A DNA stretch of 64,000 nucleotides from Mycobacteriales bacterium (GTDB lineage Bacteria > Actinomycetota > Actinomycetes > Mycobacteriales > Geodermatophilaceae): the NCBI GenBank assembly GCA_038256725.1, contig JBBSKB010000002.1, positions 7,469-71,468 on the forward strand, written 5' to 3'. The position numbers and the translations under genes were made by a program. Shown one piece after another: positions 1 through 9,395 of the stretch (positions within the stretch are counted from its first letter, which is position 1; each line of letters opens with the position of its first letter). The notes beneath the pieces are model-generated. The model saw nothing but the letters and a program-made list of their open reading frames with translations, ran no database searches and was not told the DNA's origin.

Positions 1-1
1 C

Positions 2-1063
2 CCCTACGTCCTCGGGCCGCAGCTGTGCTGCGCCGCCGCGGAGCTCCCGCTGGTGCCCGGGGACCTGCCGGACTTCGGCGGCCCGGTGGCCGAGGCTGCC
101 GTCGAGCAGCTGGTCGCGGACGGGCAGCTGCGCCGCCGGCCGACCGGCTGGTACTGGGCCGGCCGCGGGCGGCCCGACGTCGACATCCGGGGCAGCGGCG
201 GCGAGCCGGTGGCGATCATCGAGGGCGCAACCGGCCGGTTGCTGGGCACCGTCGACGGCGGCGCCGCCCACGCCACCGTGCACGAGGGCGCGCTGTACGT
301 GCACCGGGGCGAGACCTTCGTCGTCGACGAGTTCGACGTGGCGGACGCCTGCGCCGCGGTGCACCCGGAGAGCCCGGAGTGGACCACTGTCGCGCGCGAC
401 GTCACCGACCTCTCCATCGTCTCGCCGGACCGGAGCCGCCGGCTCGGCACGGTCACCGCGCACACCGGCGTCGTGGACGTCACCAACCAGGTGGTCGCCT
501 ACCAACGCCGCCGGCTGGGAACCGGCGAGGTGCTCGCCGAGTTCCCGCTGGACCTGCCGCCGCGGCAGCTGCGGACCCGCGCGGTGTGGCTGACGCTGAG
601 CGACCGGGCCGTGGAGCGGGCGGAGCTCGACGAGGTCGAGGTGCCCGGCTCGCTGCACGCCGCGGAGCACGCCGCGATCGGCATCCTGCCGCTGCTGGCG
701 ACCTGCGACCGCTGGGATCTCGGGGGCCTCTCGACCGCGCTCCACCCGGACACCGGCGCCGCGACGATCTTCGTCTACGACGGGCACCCCGGAGGTGCGG
801 GTTTCTCCGACCGGGGGTTCCAGGTGCTGCGCGAGTGGCTGCAGGCCACGCGCGCCACCGTCGCCAGCTGCGAGTGCGAGAGCGGCTGCCCCTCGTGCGT
901 CCAGTCGCCGAAGTGCGGCAACGGCAACGACCCGCTGGACAAGGCCGGTGCGGTGCGCGTTCTGGACGTGGTGCTCGACGAGCTCGCCGTCGCCGGCGAG
1001 CTGCCGGCCGAGGAGGGCGCTACCGCGGGCGCGGCCGAGCCCGAGGACGACCTCGTCTTCTGA
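2..1063 (+). CDS. DEAD/DEAH-box DNA helicase, C-terminal part with DUF1998 metal-binding domain (SftH/Rv3649-like); 5' end outside window
   Basis: Frame open from base 2; motifs GSLHAAEHAAIG, FVYDGHPGGAG, CECESGCPSC. Confidence 0.9.
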   Translation, partial: PYVLGPQLCCAAAELPLVPGDLPDFGGPVAEAAVEQLVADGQLRRRPTGWYWAGRGRPDVDIRGSGGEPVAIIEGATGRLLGTVDGGAAHATVHEGALYVHRGETFVVDEFDVADACAAVHPESPEWTTVARDVTDLSIVSPDRSRRLGTVTAHTGVVDVTNQVVAYQRRRLGTGEVLAEFPLDLPPRQLRTRAVWLTLSDRAVERAELDEVEVPGSLHAAEHAAIGILPLLATCDRWDLGGLSTALHPDTGAATIFVYDGHPGGAGFSDRGFQVLREWLQATRATVASCECESGCPSCVQSPKCGNGNDPLDKAGAVRVLDVVLDELAVAGELPAEEGATAGAAEPEDDLVF

Positions 1064-1085
1064 CGCCGCCGCGTCCCGCGCCGGT

Positions 1086-1441
1086 TCAGGCGGCACCGGG
1101 CCGGCCCGGGCACGTGCGGCCGCCGTCCGCTGCCCGACCGGGCCCAGCGGCACCCGGACGCTGACCGTCACCTCGACCACCCCGGCCGCGTCCACCGCGC
1201 AGGCGTCCAGCCGCGCCCCGTTGTCCGCTGCCACGTCCCCGGCGACGGCGCACGCCCGTGGATCGGCACGGACCGCCCGACCGGCGGCGGCCAGGGCCGC
1301 GAGGTCGGCCGCGCTGCCGGCGCGGTGCCGGGCGACCGCGGCCGCCCCCACCAGCACTCCGGCCAGGCCCACGAGCGCGAGGACCCCGGCCACCGCCAGC
1401 ATCCAGACGGTGGCCGAACCGCGCTCCCGGCCGCCGGTCAC
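1086..1441 (-). CDS. Rv3654c-family TadE-like pseudopilin; no in-frame stop as given (see findings)
   Basis: Hand-translated from GTG 1441 (overlaps upstream TGA): MTGGRERGSATVWMLAVAG...ARHRAGSAADLAALAAA...ARARAGPVP; absent from ORF track. Confidence 0.8.
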
Positions 1442-1845
1442 GGCGGCGCACCCGGTTCGCGCTGCGCCACGGCCTCGGCCGACACCCGCGTGCGCAGCGG
1501 AAGCGGGCCCAGCGGCGCCAGCTCCACGCTGACCGTGACCCGCACCTGGCCACCATCAGCCCGTACCGCCGTCGTCGCCCCGTCGGGCGCGACCCGGCCG
1601 GCCAGCTCGGTCACCACCGCGTCGATCTCTCCGCGCGCCGCCGCACGGGCACCCTCGCGGGCGGCGTCGACGCAGCGGAGCTGGGCACCCACGACGGTCA
1701 CCGCCGTGACCGCGCAGAGCAGCACGAGGAGGAGCACCGGGAGTACGACGGCCGTCTCGGCGGTCACCATCCCGGCCTCGGGGCCGAGGGCCCGGCGCCG
1801 CGGGGGGCGGCGCTGCGGGGGGCGGCCGGTGCGGGAGCCGACCAC
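1438..1845 (-). CDS. TadE-family pseudopilin
   Basis: G|MVTAETAVVLP prepilin-type motif, hydrophobic helix, DAAREGARAAARG. Confidence 0.85.
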   Translation of the reverse strand: MVGSRTGRPPQRRPPRRRALGPEAGMVTAETAVVLPVLLLVLLCAVTAVTVVGAQLRCVDAAREGARAAARGEIDAVVTELAGRVAPDGATTAVRADGGQVRVTVSVELAPLGPLPLRTRVSAEAVAQREPGAPP

Positions 1846-1846
1846 G

Positions 1847-2110
1847 TCAGGCCAGCGTGGCCAGCGCGCGGTCGACCAGGTCCGTGAGCCCGTCGACCAC
1901 CGAGTCGCCGGTGACGACCCGGAACAGGACGGCCGCGAACGCACAGGCCGCGACGGTCCCGACGGCGTACTCGGCCGTGCTCATGCCGGCCTCGGGCTCC
2001 GCGGTCAGGATCGCGAGACGGCGGCGCAGCGCGGTCCGGAGGCCGGACGGGCGGCTGGGCACCTCCTGCGGGCCGGCGGGTTCGGGCACGGTCGTGGAGC
2101 TGGTGGACAC
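1847..2110 (-). CDS. Flp pilin-like protein (DUF4244)
   Basis: GGAGG RBS before GTG 2110; EAG|MSTAEYAVGTVAACAFA motif. Confidence 0.9.
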   Translation of the reverse strand: MSTSSTTVPEPAGPQEVPSRPSGLRTALRRRLAILTAEPEAGMSTAEYAVGTVAACAFAAVLFRVVTGDSVVDGLTDLVDRALATLA

Positions 2111-2198
2111 GGTCGCCTCCGGGCGTCGGGGCCCGTCGGTCGGGCCGTGCTCCGAGCCTCGACGCGGGCGGTCGGGGATCCCAGGCCGCGGGGCGATC

Positions 2199-2223
2199 TG
2201 TGGAGAGCGGCCGTGCCTGTGGA
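2199..2223. promoter_or_regulatory. Paired TGTGGA boxes (19-bp period) upstream of flp pilin
   Basis: TGTGGA at 2199 and 2218; same arrangement at 6599/6618. Confidence 0.55.
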
Positions 2224-2339
2224 TCCGGCACCACCGGTCCCGTGCCGCCGACTCAAGCGCACTCCCAGTGCGCCGCAAGGCCGGCCCGGCAGCCTCCCGA
2301 CGACGGACCACGACGACGACACAGGAACGAGGCGGGCAC

Positions 2340-2768
2340 ATGGACACGCACGTGCTGGACGACGGCAATCTCCGGCTGGAGTTCACGACCACCGGTGAGG
2401 ACAGCCAGGGGCAGCTGCACGAGATGCGCGCCACCTACCGACCGGGCTCGGCGCTGCCCGTCGCCCACCTGCACCCGCGGCAGAGCGAGCACTTCGCGGT
2501 CCTGGAGGGCGAGATGTGGGCCTGCGTCGACGGTGTGGAGACCACGCTGCGGGCCGGGGACTCGCTCGACATCCCGGTCGGGAGCGTGCACCAGATGCGC
2601 AACCCCGGCGCGGCACCTGCCGTCCTCACCTGGCAGACCCGGCCGGCGCTGCGCACGGCCGAGTTCCACCGGGAGCTCGCGGACGCGCGCCGCTCCGGGG
2701 ACATCGCCGCGGTGCTGGCGGTCGTGTCGGAGTACTCCGACGTCTTCGTCGTGGCCCCTCAGGCCTGA
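2340..2768 (+). CDS. Cupin-domain protein
   Basis: HLHPRQSEHFAVLEG and IPVGSVHQMRN cupin motifs. Confidence 0.85.
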   Translation: MDTHVLDDGNLRLEFTTTGEDSQGQLHEMRATYRPGSALPVAHLHPRQSEHFAVLEGEMWACVDGVETTLRAGDSLDIPVGSVHQMRNPGAAPAVLTWQTRPALRTAEFHRELADARRSGDIAAVLAVVSEYSDVFVVAPQA

Positions 2769-2773
2769 TCCCC

Positions 2774-3517
2774 TCAGCCGAGGACGTCGGCAGCGACGCC
2801 GAGCACGAGCGGGGCCACACCCAGGCAGACGAAGGCCGGCAGGAAGCACGCACCCAGCGGGGCGAGCACCCAGACACCTGCCCGTTGCACCGCGGCCTGG
2901 GCCGTGGACCGGGCGGAGGCCCGGCTCTCCGCGGCGAGGGTCCGCAGCGCCGCGGCGACCAGGGCGCCGGACTCCCCCGCCCGCACCAGCACCCGCGCCA
3001 GCGCGGTGAGTTCCGGCGGCGCCTCGGCCCAGGCCCGGCGCGGATCGGCGCCCAGCCGGGACAGGGCCGCCACAGCGCGCAGCTGGGCCCCTAGCGGCCC
3101 GTCCACCGCACGCCCGACCGCCTCCAACGCGCCCTCGACGGGCAGCCCGGCGGACAGGCACACCCCCAGCAGGTCGCAGGCCGCCGGCAGATCGCGGTGC
3201 CAGGCGGCCCGGTCGGACGCGGCGCCGTCCGGAGCCCGCGCGCGCAGCAGTCGTTCGGCACCGACCCCCAGCGCCACACCCGCGGCCAGTCCGAGGACCC
3301 CGCCGACGAGCAGCGCCGCGGCCAGCCCCGCCGCGGTCGCGAGCAGCCACCGGCGGACCCGCTCCCGCCCGGCGTCCTGCCCGCGCGGGGGCACGGCTTC
3401 CCCGAGGTGCGGCCGGATCGCCGACCACCGGGCCATGCCCGCCCCACCGGAGGCAGGCCACAGCGCGAGCGCGACGGCCAGCACGAGCAACGCCGGCCAG
3501 GGCCGGTCGGGCGTCAC
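2774..3517 (-). CDS. TadC-like type II secretion F-family protein
   Basis: DLLGVCLSAGLP; APLGACFLPAFVCLGV. Confidence 0.85.
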   Translation of the reverse strand: MTPDRPWPALLVLAVALALWPASGGAGMARWSAIRPHLGEAVPPRGQDAGRERVRRWLLATAAGLAAALLVGGVLGLAAGVALGVGAERLLRARAPDGAASDRAAWHRDLPAACDLLGVCLSAGLPVEGALEAVGRAVDGPLGAQLRAVAALSRLGADPRRAWAEAPPELTALARVLVRAGESGALVAAALRTLAAESRASARSTAQAAVQRAGVWVLAPLGACFLPAFVCLGVAPLVLGVAADVLG

Positions 3518-3536
3518 GACCGGAGGTCCGGAGGGC

Positions 3537-4328
3537 TCACTGCAGGGCCCGCAGGACCAGCCGGCGGGACCACACGAGCCCGGCGGACTCGAGCGCCACC
3601 CCGGTGACGAGCAGGACCTGGCCCGTCCCGGTGGTCGTGAGGACGCGCCAGGGATCGGCGCCCACCCCGCTCCCCATGAGCAGCCCGAGCACCGGGAGGC
3701 CGGCCAGCACCGCAGCGCTCGCCCGCGGGCCGGCCGTCGCGGACCGCAGCTCCGCCCGGTGCCGGACCCGTGCCCGCAGATCGTCCTCGACCGCGGTCGC
3801 CACGGAGGCCAGCGAGCACCCGGTGCGGATGCTGAGGCGTGTCGCGGCGGAGATCCGGCGTAGGGCGTCGCCTACCTCGTCGACCACCGCCTCCGTCGGG
3901 GTCGCGTCCGGCGTGCGCACCGCCTGAGCCAGCAGCCGGCCGGCGCCGCCGTCCCCCGAGGCGTGCTCGGCGGCAACCGCGGCATCGTCCAACGAGCGGC
4001 CGCTGCGCAGCTCGGCCGCCAGTGCACCGAGCCCGTCCGCCAGCCCGTGCAGGGCCGCCTCGACCCGCGCCTCGTCCCGGCGCCCGGCGTGCGCGCGGGC
4101 GCCCGCCGCAGCCCCGGCGCCGGCGAGGACGGCGACGAGCGGCGTGCTCAGCAGCGCGCCGACCGCGCCCGCCAGCACTGCGGCCACCACCGTCGGCGAA
4201 CCGGTGATCCCGCCCGCTGCCGGTCGCGCGCCGCCGTCCGCCCGGCCCGGCAAGCGGTCCGCTGCCCGGTGGCCCGGCCACAGGAGCAGCGCGGCAGCGG
4301 CAGCGGCGGCGAGCAGCAGCCCGCTCAC
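3537..4328 (-). CDS. TadB-like type II secretion F-family protein
   Basis: LAAELRSG; AGPRASAAVLAGLPVLG; GTGA overlap with tadA stop. Confidence 0.85.
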   Translation of the reverse strand: MSGLLLAAAAAAALLLWPGHRAADRLPGRADGGARPAAGGITGSPTVVAAVLAGAVGALLSTPLVAVLAGAGAAAGARAHAGRRDEARVEAALHGLADGLGALAAELRSGRSLDDAAVAAEHASGDGGAGRLLAQAVRTPDATPTEAVVDEVGDALRRISAATRLSIRTGCSLASVATAVEDDLRARVRHRAELRSATAGPRASAAVLAGLPVLGLLMGSGVGADPWRVLTTTGTGQVLLVTGVALESAGLVWSRRLVLRALQ

Positions 4329-5464
4329 CGCCCGGACGTCCCGTCCAGCAGCTCGCGGAGCCGGTCGCCCGCCGGGCACGGCCCACCGTCGGCACGCCAC
4401 CCCGGCTCCACGACGACCCGCTCACCGGCCCTCCGGAGCACGCCGAGCTCCTCCACCCGGCGGCCTTCCGGCGTGCGGCGCAGGTGGACGACGACGTGCA
4501 GCGCCGCCGCCGTGAGGCTGTGCACGGCGGAGCGGTCCAGTCCCGCGGCCACCCCCAGCGCCTCCAGCCGCGCCGGAACCTCGGCCGGCCGGTTCGCGTG
4601 CAGGGTGCCGCACCCGCCGTCGTGGCCGGTGTTCAGAGCAGCCAGCAGCTCGCCCACCTCCGCTCCGCGCACCTCGCCGACCACCAACCGGTCGGGCCGC
4701 ATCCGCAGCGCCTGCCGCACCAGGTCGCGGAGGGTCACCTGCCCGACACCCTCCAGGTTGGGCGGGCGGGTGAGCAGCGAGACGACGTGCGGGTGCGCCG
4801 GTGCGAGCTCCGCGGCGTCCTCGCAGGTCAGCACCCGCTCGGTCGGGCCGACCTCGCCGAGCAGCGCGGACAGCACCGTCGTCTTGCCCGATCCGGTGCC
4901 GCCGGTGACGAGGAACGCCCGCCGGTGCCGCACCAGAGCGCGCAGCAGGGCCGGGCTCTCGCCGGGCAGCGCGCCGAGCGCCTCGAGGTCGGCCAGGCTC
5001 CGGCTGCACCGCCGCAGCACCCGCAGCGACAGGCAGGTGCTGCCCGCCACCGGCGCGAGCACCGCGTGCAGGCGGGTGCCGTCGGGCAACCCGACGTCCA
5101 CCCACGGCGCGGCGTCGTCCAGGCGTCGTCCGGCGGCGGCGGCCAGCCGCACGGCGAGGCGACGGACCGCGTCGTCGTCGGGGAAGCGCACGCCGGTGAG
5201 CTCAAGCCCCGATCCGCGGTCGATCCAGACGCGGTCCTGGGCGGCGACCAGCACGTCGGTGACGCCGGGCAGTCGGAGCAGCGGCTCGAGGGGACCGGTG
5301 CCGGCGAGCTCGTCGACCGCATCGCGGACCGCCCGCAGCACGTCGTCATCGCCGAGCAGCCCGCCGCTCTCCTGGCGGACGACGGCGGCGACGTCGGCCT
5401 GCGACGGCAGGCCCGGTTCCAGCGCCAGCCGGGAGCGGACCCGGTCCAGCAGGCTCGCCGTCAT
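4325..5464 (-). CDS. tadA: TadA/CpaF pilus assembly ATPase
   Basis: Walker A GGTGSGKTT, ALRMRPDRLVVGEVRG, NTGHDGGCGTLHAN. Confidence 0.93.
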   Translation of the reverse strand: MTASLLDRVRSRLALEPGLPSQADVAAVVRQESGGLLGDDDVLRAVRDAVDELAGTGPLEPLLRLPGVTDVLVAAQDRVWIDRGSGLELTGVRFPDDDAVRRLAVRLAAAAGRRLDDAAPWVDVGLPDGTRLHAVLAPVAGSTCLSLRVLRRCSRSLADLEALGALPGESPALLRALVRHRRAFLVTGGTGSGKTTVLSALLGEVGPTERVLTCEDAAELAPAHPHVVSLLTRPPNLEGVGQVTLRDLVRQALRMRPDRLVVGEVRGAEVGELLAALNTGHDGGCGTLHANRPAEVPARLEALGVAAGLDRSAVHSLTAAALHVVVHLRRTPEGRRVEELGVLRRAGERVVVEPGWRADGGPCPAGDRLRELLDGTSGR

Positions 5465-6555
5465 GCGGCCGCCTCCCGTACCCGGGCCAGCGCGCGCCGC
5501 GCCACGGCCCCGAGCGGCGTGCGCGCGGCGACAGCGGGCAGCTCGCCGCGCTCGCTGCGGGGCACGGCGCTGCGGTCGTGCGGGAGCTCGGCCAGCACGG
5601 GCCGACCGACCACGTCGGCCACCTCGTCCGTGGTGAGGCCACCGGGCACGGGACGGACCACGAGGTGTGCGGCCGACCACGGCGAGCCCGCCGCCGAGAC
5701 CAGCAGCCGCGCCGCGGAGGCCGCGCGCAGCCGGGCCGGGACCACGAGCAGCGCGAGGTCGGCCTCGGCGAGCACCGCCTGCGTCGCAGCGCAGCACCCC
5801 TCCGCCCCCGGGCGGGGCAGGTCCACGACCACCGGGGCCCCCTCGGAGCGGGCGGCCTCGACCACCGCGCGGACCGCCTCCTCCGGCAGCTCCGGTCGCG
5901 CCGACCGTGCCGCGGCGAGCACGTGCACCCCGGCCACCTCCGGCAGGCAGGCCCGGAGCGCGTCGCCGGAGACGCGCCCCCTCAGGCCGGTCAGCTCCGG
6001 CCAGCGCAGCCCGTCGACCCGTTCGGCGCCGAGCAGCAGGTCGAGCCCGGCGCCCCAGCCGTCGGCGTCGACCAGGACGACGCCGGGGGCGGCGGCGACG
6101 GCCAGGGCGGCCGCGAGGGTGCTCGCCCCGGCACCGCCGCACCCGCCTCCGACGGCGAGCAGCCAGCCGCGGTCGACCGGGGCACGAACCGCCGCGACGG
6201 CGCGGGACAGCAGCCAGGCCTCGTCGGCGGGCAGCAGCGCGACCCGCTCGGCGCCCACCTCGACCGCCGCCGCCCACTCCGCGGCGGGCAGTTCCGTGCG
6301 GGCGACGACGACCACACCCGGCCGCCGGCCGAGCCCCCGGACCGCCGCCGTCCCGAGCACGTCCGCGCCGAGCAGCACCAACGGGGCGTCGCGGTGCGCC
6401 CGCCGCAGCGGTGGGCCGCCCACGGCGATCTCCGGCTCGGCGCCGGCGGCGGCCAGCACGCGCAGCACGTCGTCGAGGAGGTCCTCGTCACGGCTCACGA
6501 CCAGCGGCCGGAGGGACGGATCGGGCAGGAAGGGGGCGGCAGGCACAGGTCTCAC
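5461..6555 (-). CDS. ssd: Septum site-determining protein Ssd (CpaE/MinD-like)
   Basis: GGCGGAGASTLAAAL, LVDADGWGAGLDLLLG; position upstream of tadA; start approximate. Confidence 0.85.
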   Translation of the reverse strand: MRPVPAAPFLPDPSLRPLVVSRDEDLLDDVLRVLAAAGAEPEIAVGGPPLRRAHRDAPLVLLGADVLGTAAVRGLGRRPGVVVVARTELPAAEWAAAVEVGAERVALLPADEAWLLSRAVAAVRAPVDRGWLLAVGGGCGGAGASTLAAALAVAAAPGVVLVDADGWGAGLDLLLGAERVDGLRWPELTGLRGRVSGDALRACLPEVAGVHVLAAARSARPELPEEAVRAVVEAARSEGAPVVVDLPRPGAEGCCAATQAVLAEADLALLVVPARLRAASAARLLVSAAGSPWSAAHLVVRPVPGGLTTDEVADVVGRPVLAELPHDRSAVPRSERGELPAVAARTPLGAVARRALARVREAAA

Positions 6556-6598
6556 CCCACCGGCGAGTGGGCGAACAGTGCCAGACCGTCGGCCGAAC

Positions 6599-6623
6599 TG
6601 TGGATGACTCCTTCGGGTGTGGA
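6599..6623. promoter_or_regulatory. Paired TGTGGA boxes (19-bp period) upstream of ssd-tad operon
   Basis: TGTGGA at 6599 and 6618. Confidence 0.55.
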
Positions 6624-6673
6624 CGGCGCGCGGGTCCTGTCGCACCCGTCAGGGCCTACTACCGTCATGCCTC

Positions 6674-7519
6674 GTGACCCGCGCCGCGGCGTTCTTCGAT
6701 CTGGACAAGACGATCATCGCCAAGTCCAGCACCCTGGCCTTCGGCCGCCCGTTCTTCCAGGGCGGGCTGATCAACCGGCGGACGGTCCTCAAGACCGCCT
6801 ACGCCCAGTTCGTCTTCTCCCTCGCCGGCGCCGACGCCCAGCAGATGGAGAGGCTGCGCGCGCAGATGACCGCCATGGTCACCGGCTGGAACGCCGCGAC
6901 GGTGCACGAGATCGTCCGCGAGACGCTGCACGAGATCGTGGACCCGCTGGTCTACGCCGAGGCGGCCGACCTCATCGAGGAGCACCGGGCCGCCGGCCGG
7001 GAGATCGTCATCGTCTCCAGCAGCGGGGCGGAGATGGTCGGGCCGATCGGCGAGATGCTGGGCGCCGACCGGGTGGTCGCCACCCGGATGGTCGTCGAGG
7101 ACGGTCGGTACACCGGCGAGATCGACTTCTACGCCTACGCGGACAACAAGGCGGCCGCGATGCGCGAGGTGGCGGCCGAGGGTGGCTACGACCTCGCCGA
7201 CTGCTACGCCTACAGCGACTCGGTGACCGACCTGCCCATGCTGACCGCGGTGGGGCACCCCACTGCGGTCAACCCCGACCGCGGCCTGCGCAAGGCCGCC
7301 CTGCAGCACGGCTGGCCGGTGCTCCGGTTCGAGCGGCCGGTGAGCATGCGGGCCCGGTTCTCCGTGCCGACGGCCCCCGTGGTCACCGGTGCGGCGGCCA
7401 TGGGTGTCGGCGCCGCCGTGGTCGGCCTGGCCTGGTACGCCCGGCACCGGTCGGCCCAACCGGTCCTCCCGGACACCTCCGGGCCGCTGTCGGGACGACG
7501 GCGCCGCCGCGGGGCCTGA
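6674..7519 (+). CDS. HAD-IB family hydrolase (Rv3661-like)
   Basis: FFDLDKT motif I, YAYSDSVTDLPML, VNPD; TACCGT -10 just upstream. Confidence 0.92.
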   Translation: MTRAAAFFDLDKTIIAKSSTLAFGRPFFQGGLINRRTVLKTAYAQFVFSLAGADAQQMERLRAQMTAMVTGWNAATVHEIVRETLHEIVDPLVYAEAADLIEEHRAAGREIVIVSSSGAEMVGPIGEMLGADRVVATRMVVEDGRYTGEIDFYAYADNKAAAMREVAAEGGYDLADCYAYSDSVTDLPMLTAVGHPTAVNPDRGLRKAALQHGWPVLRFERPVSMRARFSVPTAPVVTGAAAMGVGAAVVGLAWYARHRSAQPVLPDTSGPLSGRRRRRGA

Positions 7520-7576
7520 CCTCCCGTCCCGGCGAGGCTCCGGCCGACGCGTCGCCGGTTCGTCCATCCTGCGGAC

Positions 7577-7849
7577 GTGCTCACCGCGGTCCTCGCCTGG
7601 CTCGCGGCACTGGCCGTGTGCGCAGCCGCGGTGCTCCTCGGGCAGTCCGTCCGGACCGCACCGCGCCGCCGGCGCCGTCGCCGGCCAGCACGGATCGGCC
7701 TGTTCCTCACGCTGTCCGGCCCGTGGCTGTCGGCCCTCGGCGGGCTCGGCTACGGCGTGCTGACCGGGGCGTGGGTTCCGGCCGCGGCCGGTTGCGCGGT
7801 CGCGGCGACCGTCGTCGCGCTGACCGGGCTGGTGCTCGCGCCGCGCTGA
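7577..7849 (+). CDS. Small membrane protein
   Basis: Three hydrophobic segments separated by an Arg-rich loop. Confidence 0.6.
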   Translation: MLTAVLAWLAALAVCAAAVLLGQSVRTAPRRRRRRRPARIGLFLTLSGPWLSALGGLGYGVLTGAWVPAAAGCAVAATVVALTGLVLAPR

Positions 7850-7863
7850 GCGGCGTCACGCGC

Positions 7864-8652
7864 TCAGCCGCGGAGCAGGCTCTCGCAGATGGCCAGGCCC
7901 TCCAGGGCGCCGTGCTCGGTGGCCTGGCAGCAGTGCACCAGCCAGCGGGCCACCCCCGCGGGATCACCGGAGGCATAGCCGGCCAGCGCCTCGGCGTAGG
8001 CCGCCGCGCCCAGCTCGACGAAGCCGACCTCGGGCACCGAGCAGGCCTTGGGGTCCAGCCCGCGGGCGATGCCGGTCAGCCGGCCCGCGGCGCGGGCGAC
8101 CAGTCCGTCGGCCACCCCGAAGGGCGCCATCGCGGCGATCTCGCCGTGCACGAGCGCGGCGACGATCACCGCCGGCGCGGAGGTGGTCGCGGTCACCAGC
8201 GAGAACAGGCCCGTGAGCCGCGGCCCGGCGTGCGGCGCCGGCCGGCCGAGGTCGGCGTTGTCGACCCGGTCGCTGGCGGCCAGCACGTGCAGGCGGGCGA
8301 GCACCTGGCCGGGCGCCTTGGACCAGGTGTCCTGCATGCCACCCAGGCCCGCGGACACCCGGAGGGCGCCCTGCACGACCGGGTCGTCCACGGCGCCGGC
8401 GCGGAGCTCGGCCAGGGGCACGTCCACCCCCTCGAGCGCGGCGGACGCCCGGGCCCCGCGCAGCGCGGACTCCGTGCTCACCCCGGCGGACTCCCGGCGC
8501 AGCACCTTGTGGCTGAGCAGCCGGTCGACACCTGCGCGGGCGGCGTCGGCGGCCGCCCGGACGCCGGGCAGGTCGAGCAGCGGCGCCAGCTGGTCCGGTG
8601 CGGCCGGCCGATCGGCGGAGCGGGCGGCGCCGGGACGGACGGGGATGCTCAC
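7864..8652 (-). CDS. Degenerate Fic-like protein (Rv3662c-like)
   Basis: HGEIAAMAPFGVADGLVARA degenerate Fic loop; conserved position next to the HAD gene. Confidence 0.75.
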   Translation of the reverse strand: MSIPVRPGAARSADRPAAPDQLAPLLDLPGVRAAADAARAGVDRLLSHKVLRRESAGVSTESALRGARASAALEGVDVPLAELRAGAVDDPVVQGALRVSAGLGGMQDTWSKAPGQVLARLHVLAASDRVDNADLGRPAPHAGPRLTGLFSLVTATTSAPAVIVAALVHGEIAAMAPFGVADGLVARAAGRLTGIARGLDPKACSVPEVGFVELGAAAYAEALAGYASGDPAGVARWLVHCCQATEHGALEGLAICESLLRG

Positions 8653-8794
8653 GTGCTCTCCTCGCTGCGCCCGTCGGGAGTGTCGACCGGCGCTGCTGTG
8701 CTGATGCGGAACGGCGTCGCTGGTGAGCCGTCAGCACGACGGTACGAGGCGCGCTCCCCCGATCGGCGTGCACCTGGCTACGCTCCCTCCCACC

Positions 8795-9346
8795 ATGGCC
8801 CACCCGCTGACGCTCCTGCTCGTCCGCCACGGGCAGAGCGAGTGGAACGCCGCGGGCCTGATGCAGGGGCAGACGCCGCACGTGCCGCTCACCGCGCTGG
8901 GTCGCAGCCAGGCCGAGGAGGCCGCGGCCGAACTCGCCGGGCTCTCCCCGGGTGCGCTCATCAGCAGCGACCTGCTGCGCGCGGTCCAGACCGCCGAGGC
9001 CTGCTCCCGCGCGACGGGCCTGCCGATCGTCACCGCGCCGGCGCTGCGCGAGCAGGGCTACGGCGTGCTGGAGGGCCGGCCGAGCCGGGAGCTCTGGGAC
9101 GTCGTCGACTGGTCGGACGCCCAGTGGTCGGCCGAGGGTGGGGAGAGCCTCGCCGAGCTGCACGGCCGGGTCGGGGCCTACCTCAAGGACCTCTGCGCCG
9201 AGCCGCCGGCCGACGTGATCGCGCTGGTCACCCACGGGGACGCCATCCGCGCGATCCAGGCCGTCGTCGCCGACCTCGGACCGGACGCCATGCCGGCCGT
9301 CACGCCGCACAACGGCAGCGTCACCCGGGTGGAGTTCTGCCCGTGA
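8795..9346 (+). CDS. Histidine phosphatase, possibly CobC-like alpha-ribazole phosphatase
   Basis: LVRHGQSEWN, SSDLLRA, GGES, LVTHG; directly upstream of cobS. Confidence 0.85.
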   Translation: MAHPLTLLLVRHGQSEWNAAGLMQGQTPHVPLTALGRSQAEEAAAELAGLSPGALISSDLLRAVQTAEACSRATGLPIVTAPALREQGYGVLEGRPSRELWDVVDWSDAQWSAEGGESLAELHGRVGAYLKDLCAEPPADVIALVTHGDAIRAIQAVVADLGPDAMPAVTPHNGSVTRVEFCP

Positions 9347-9395
9347 CCGCCGCGGGCCGCACCGGGTCCGCTGACGGCGCGGCACCGCGGCGCCG

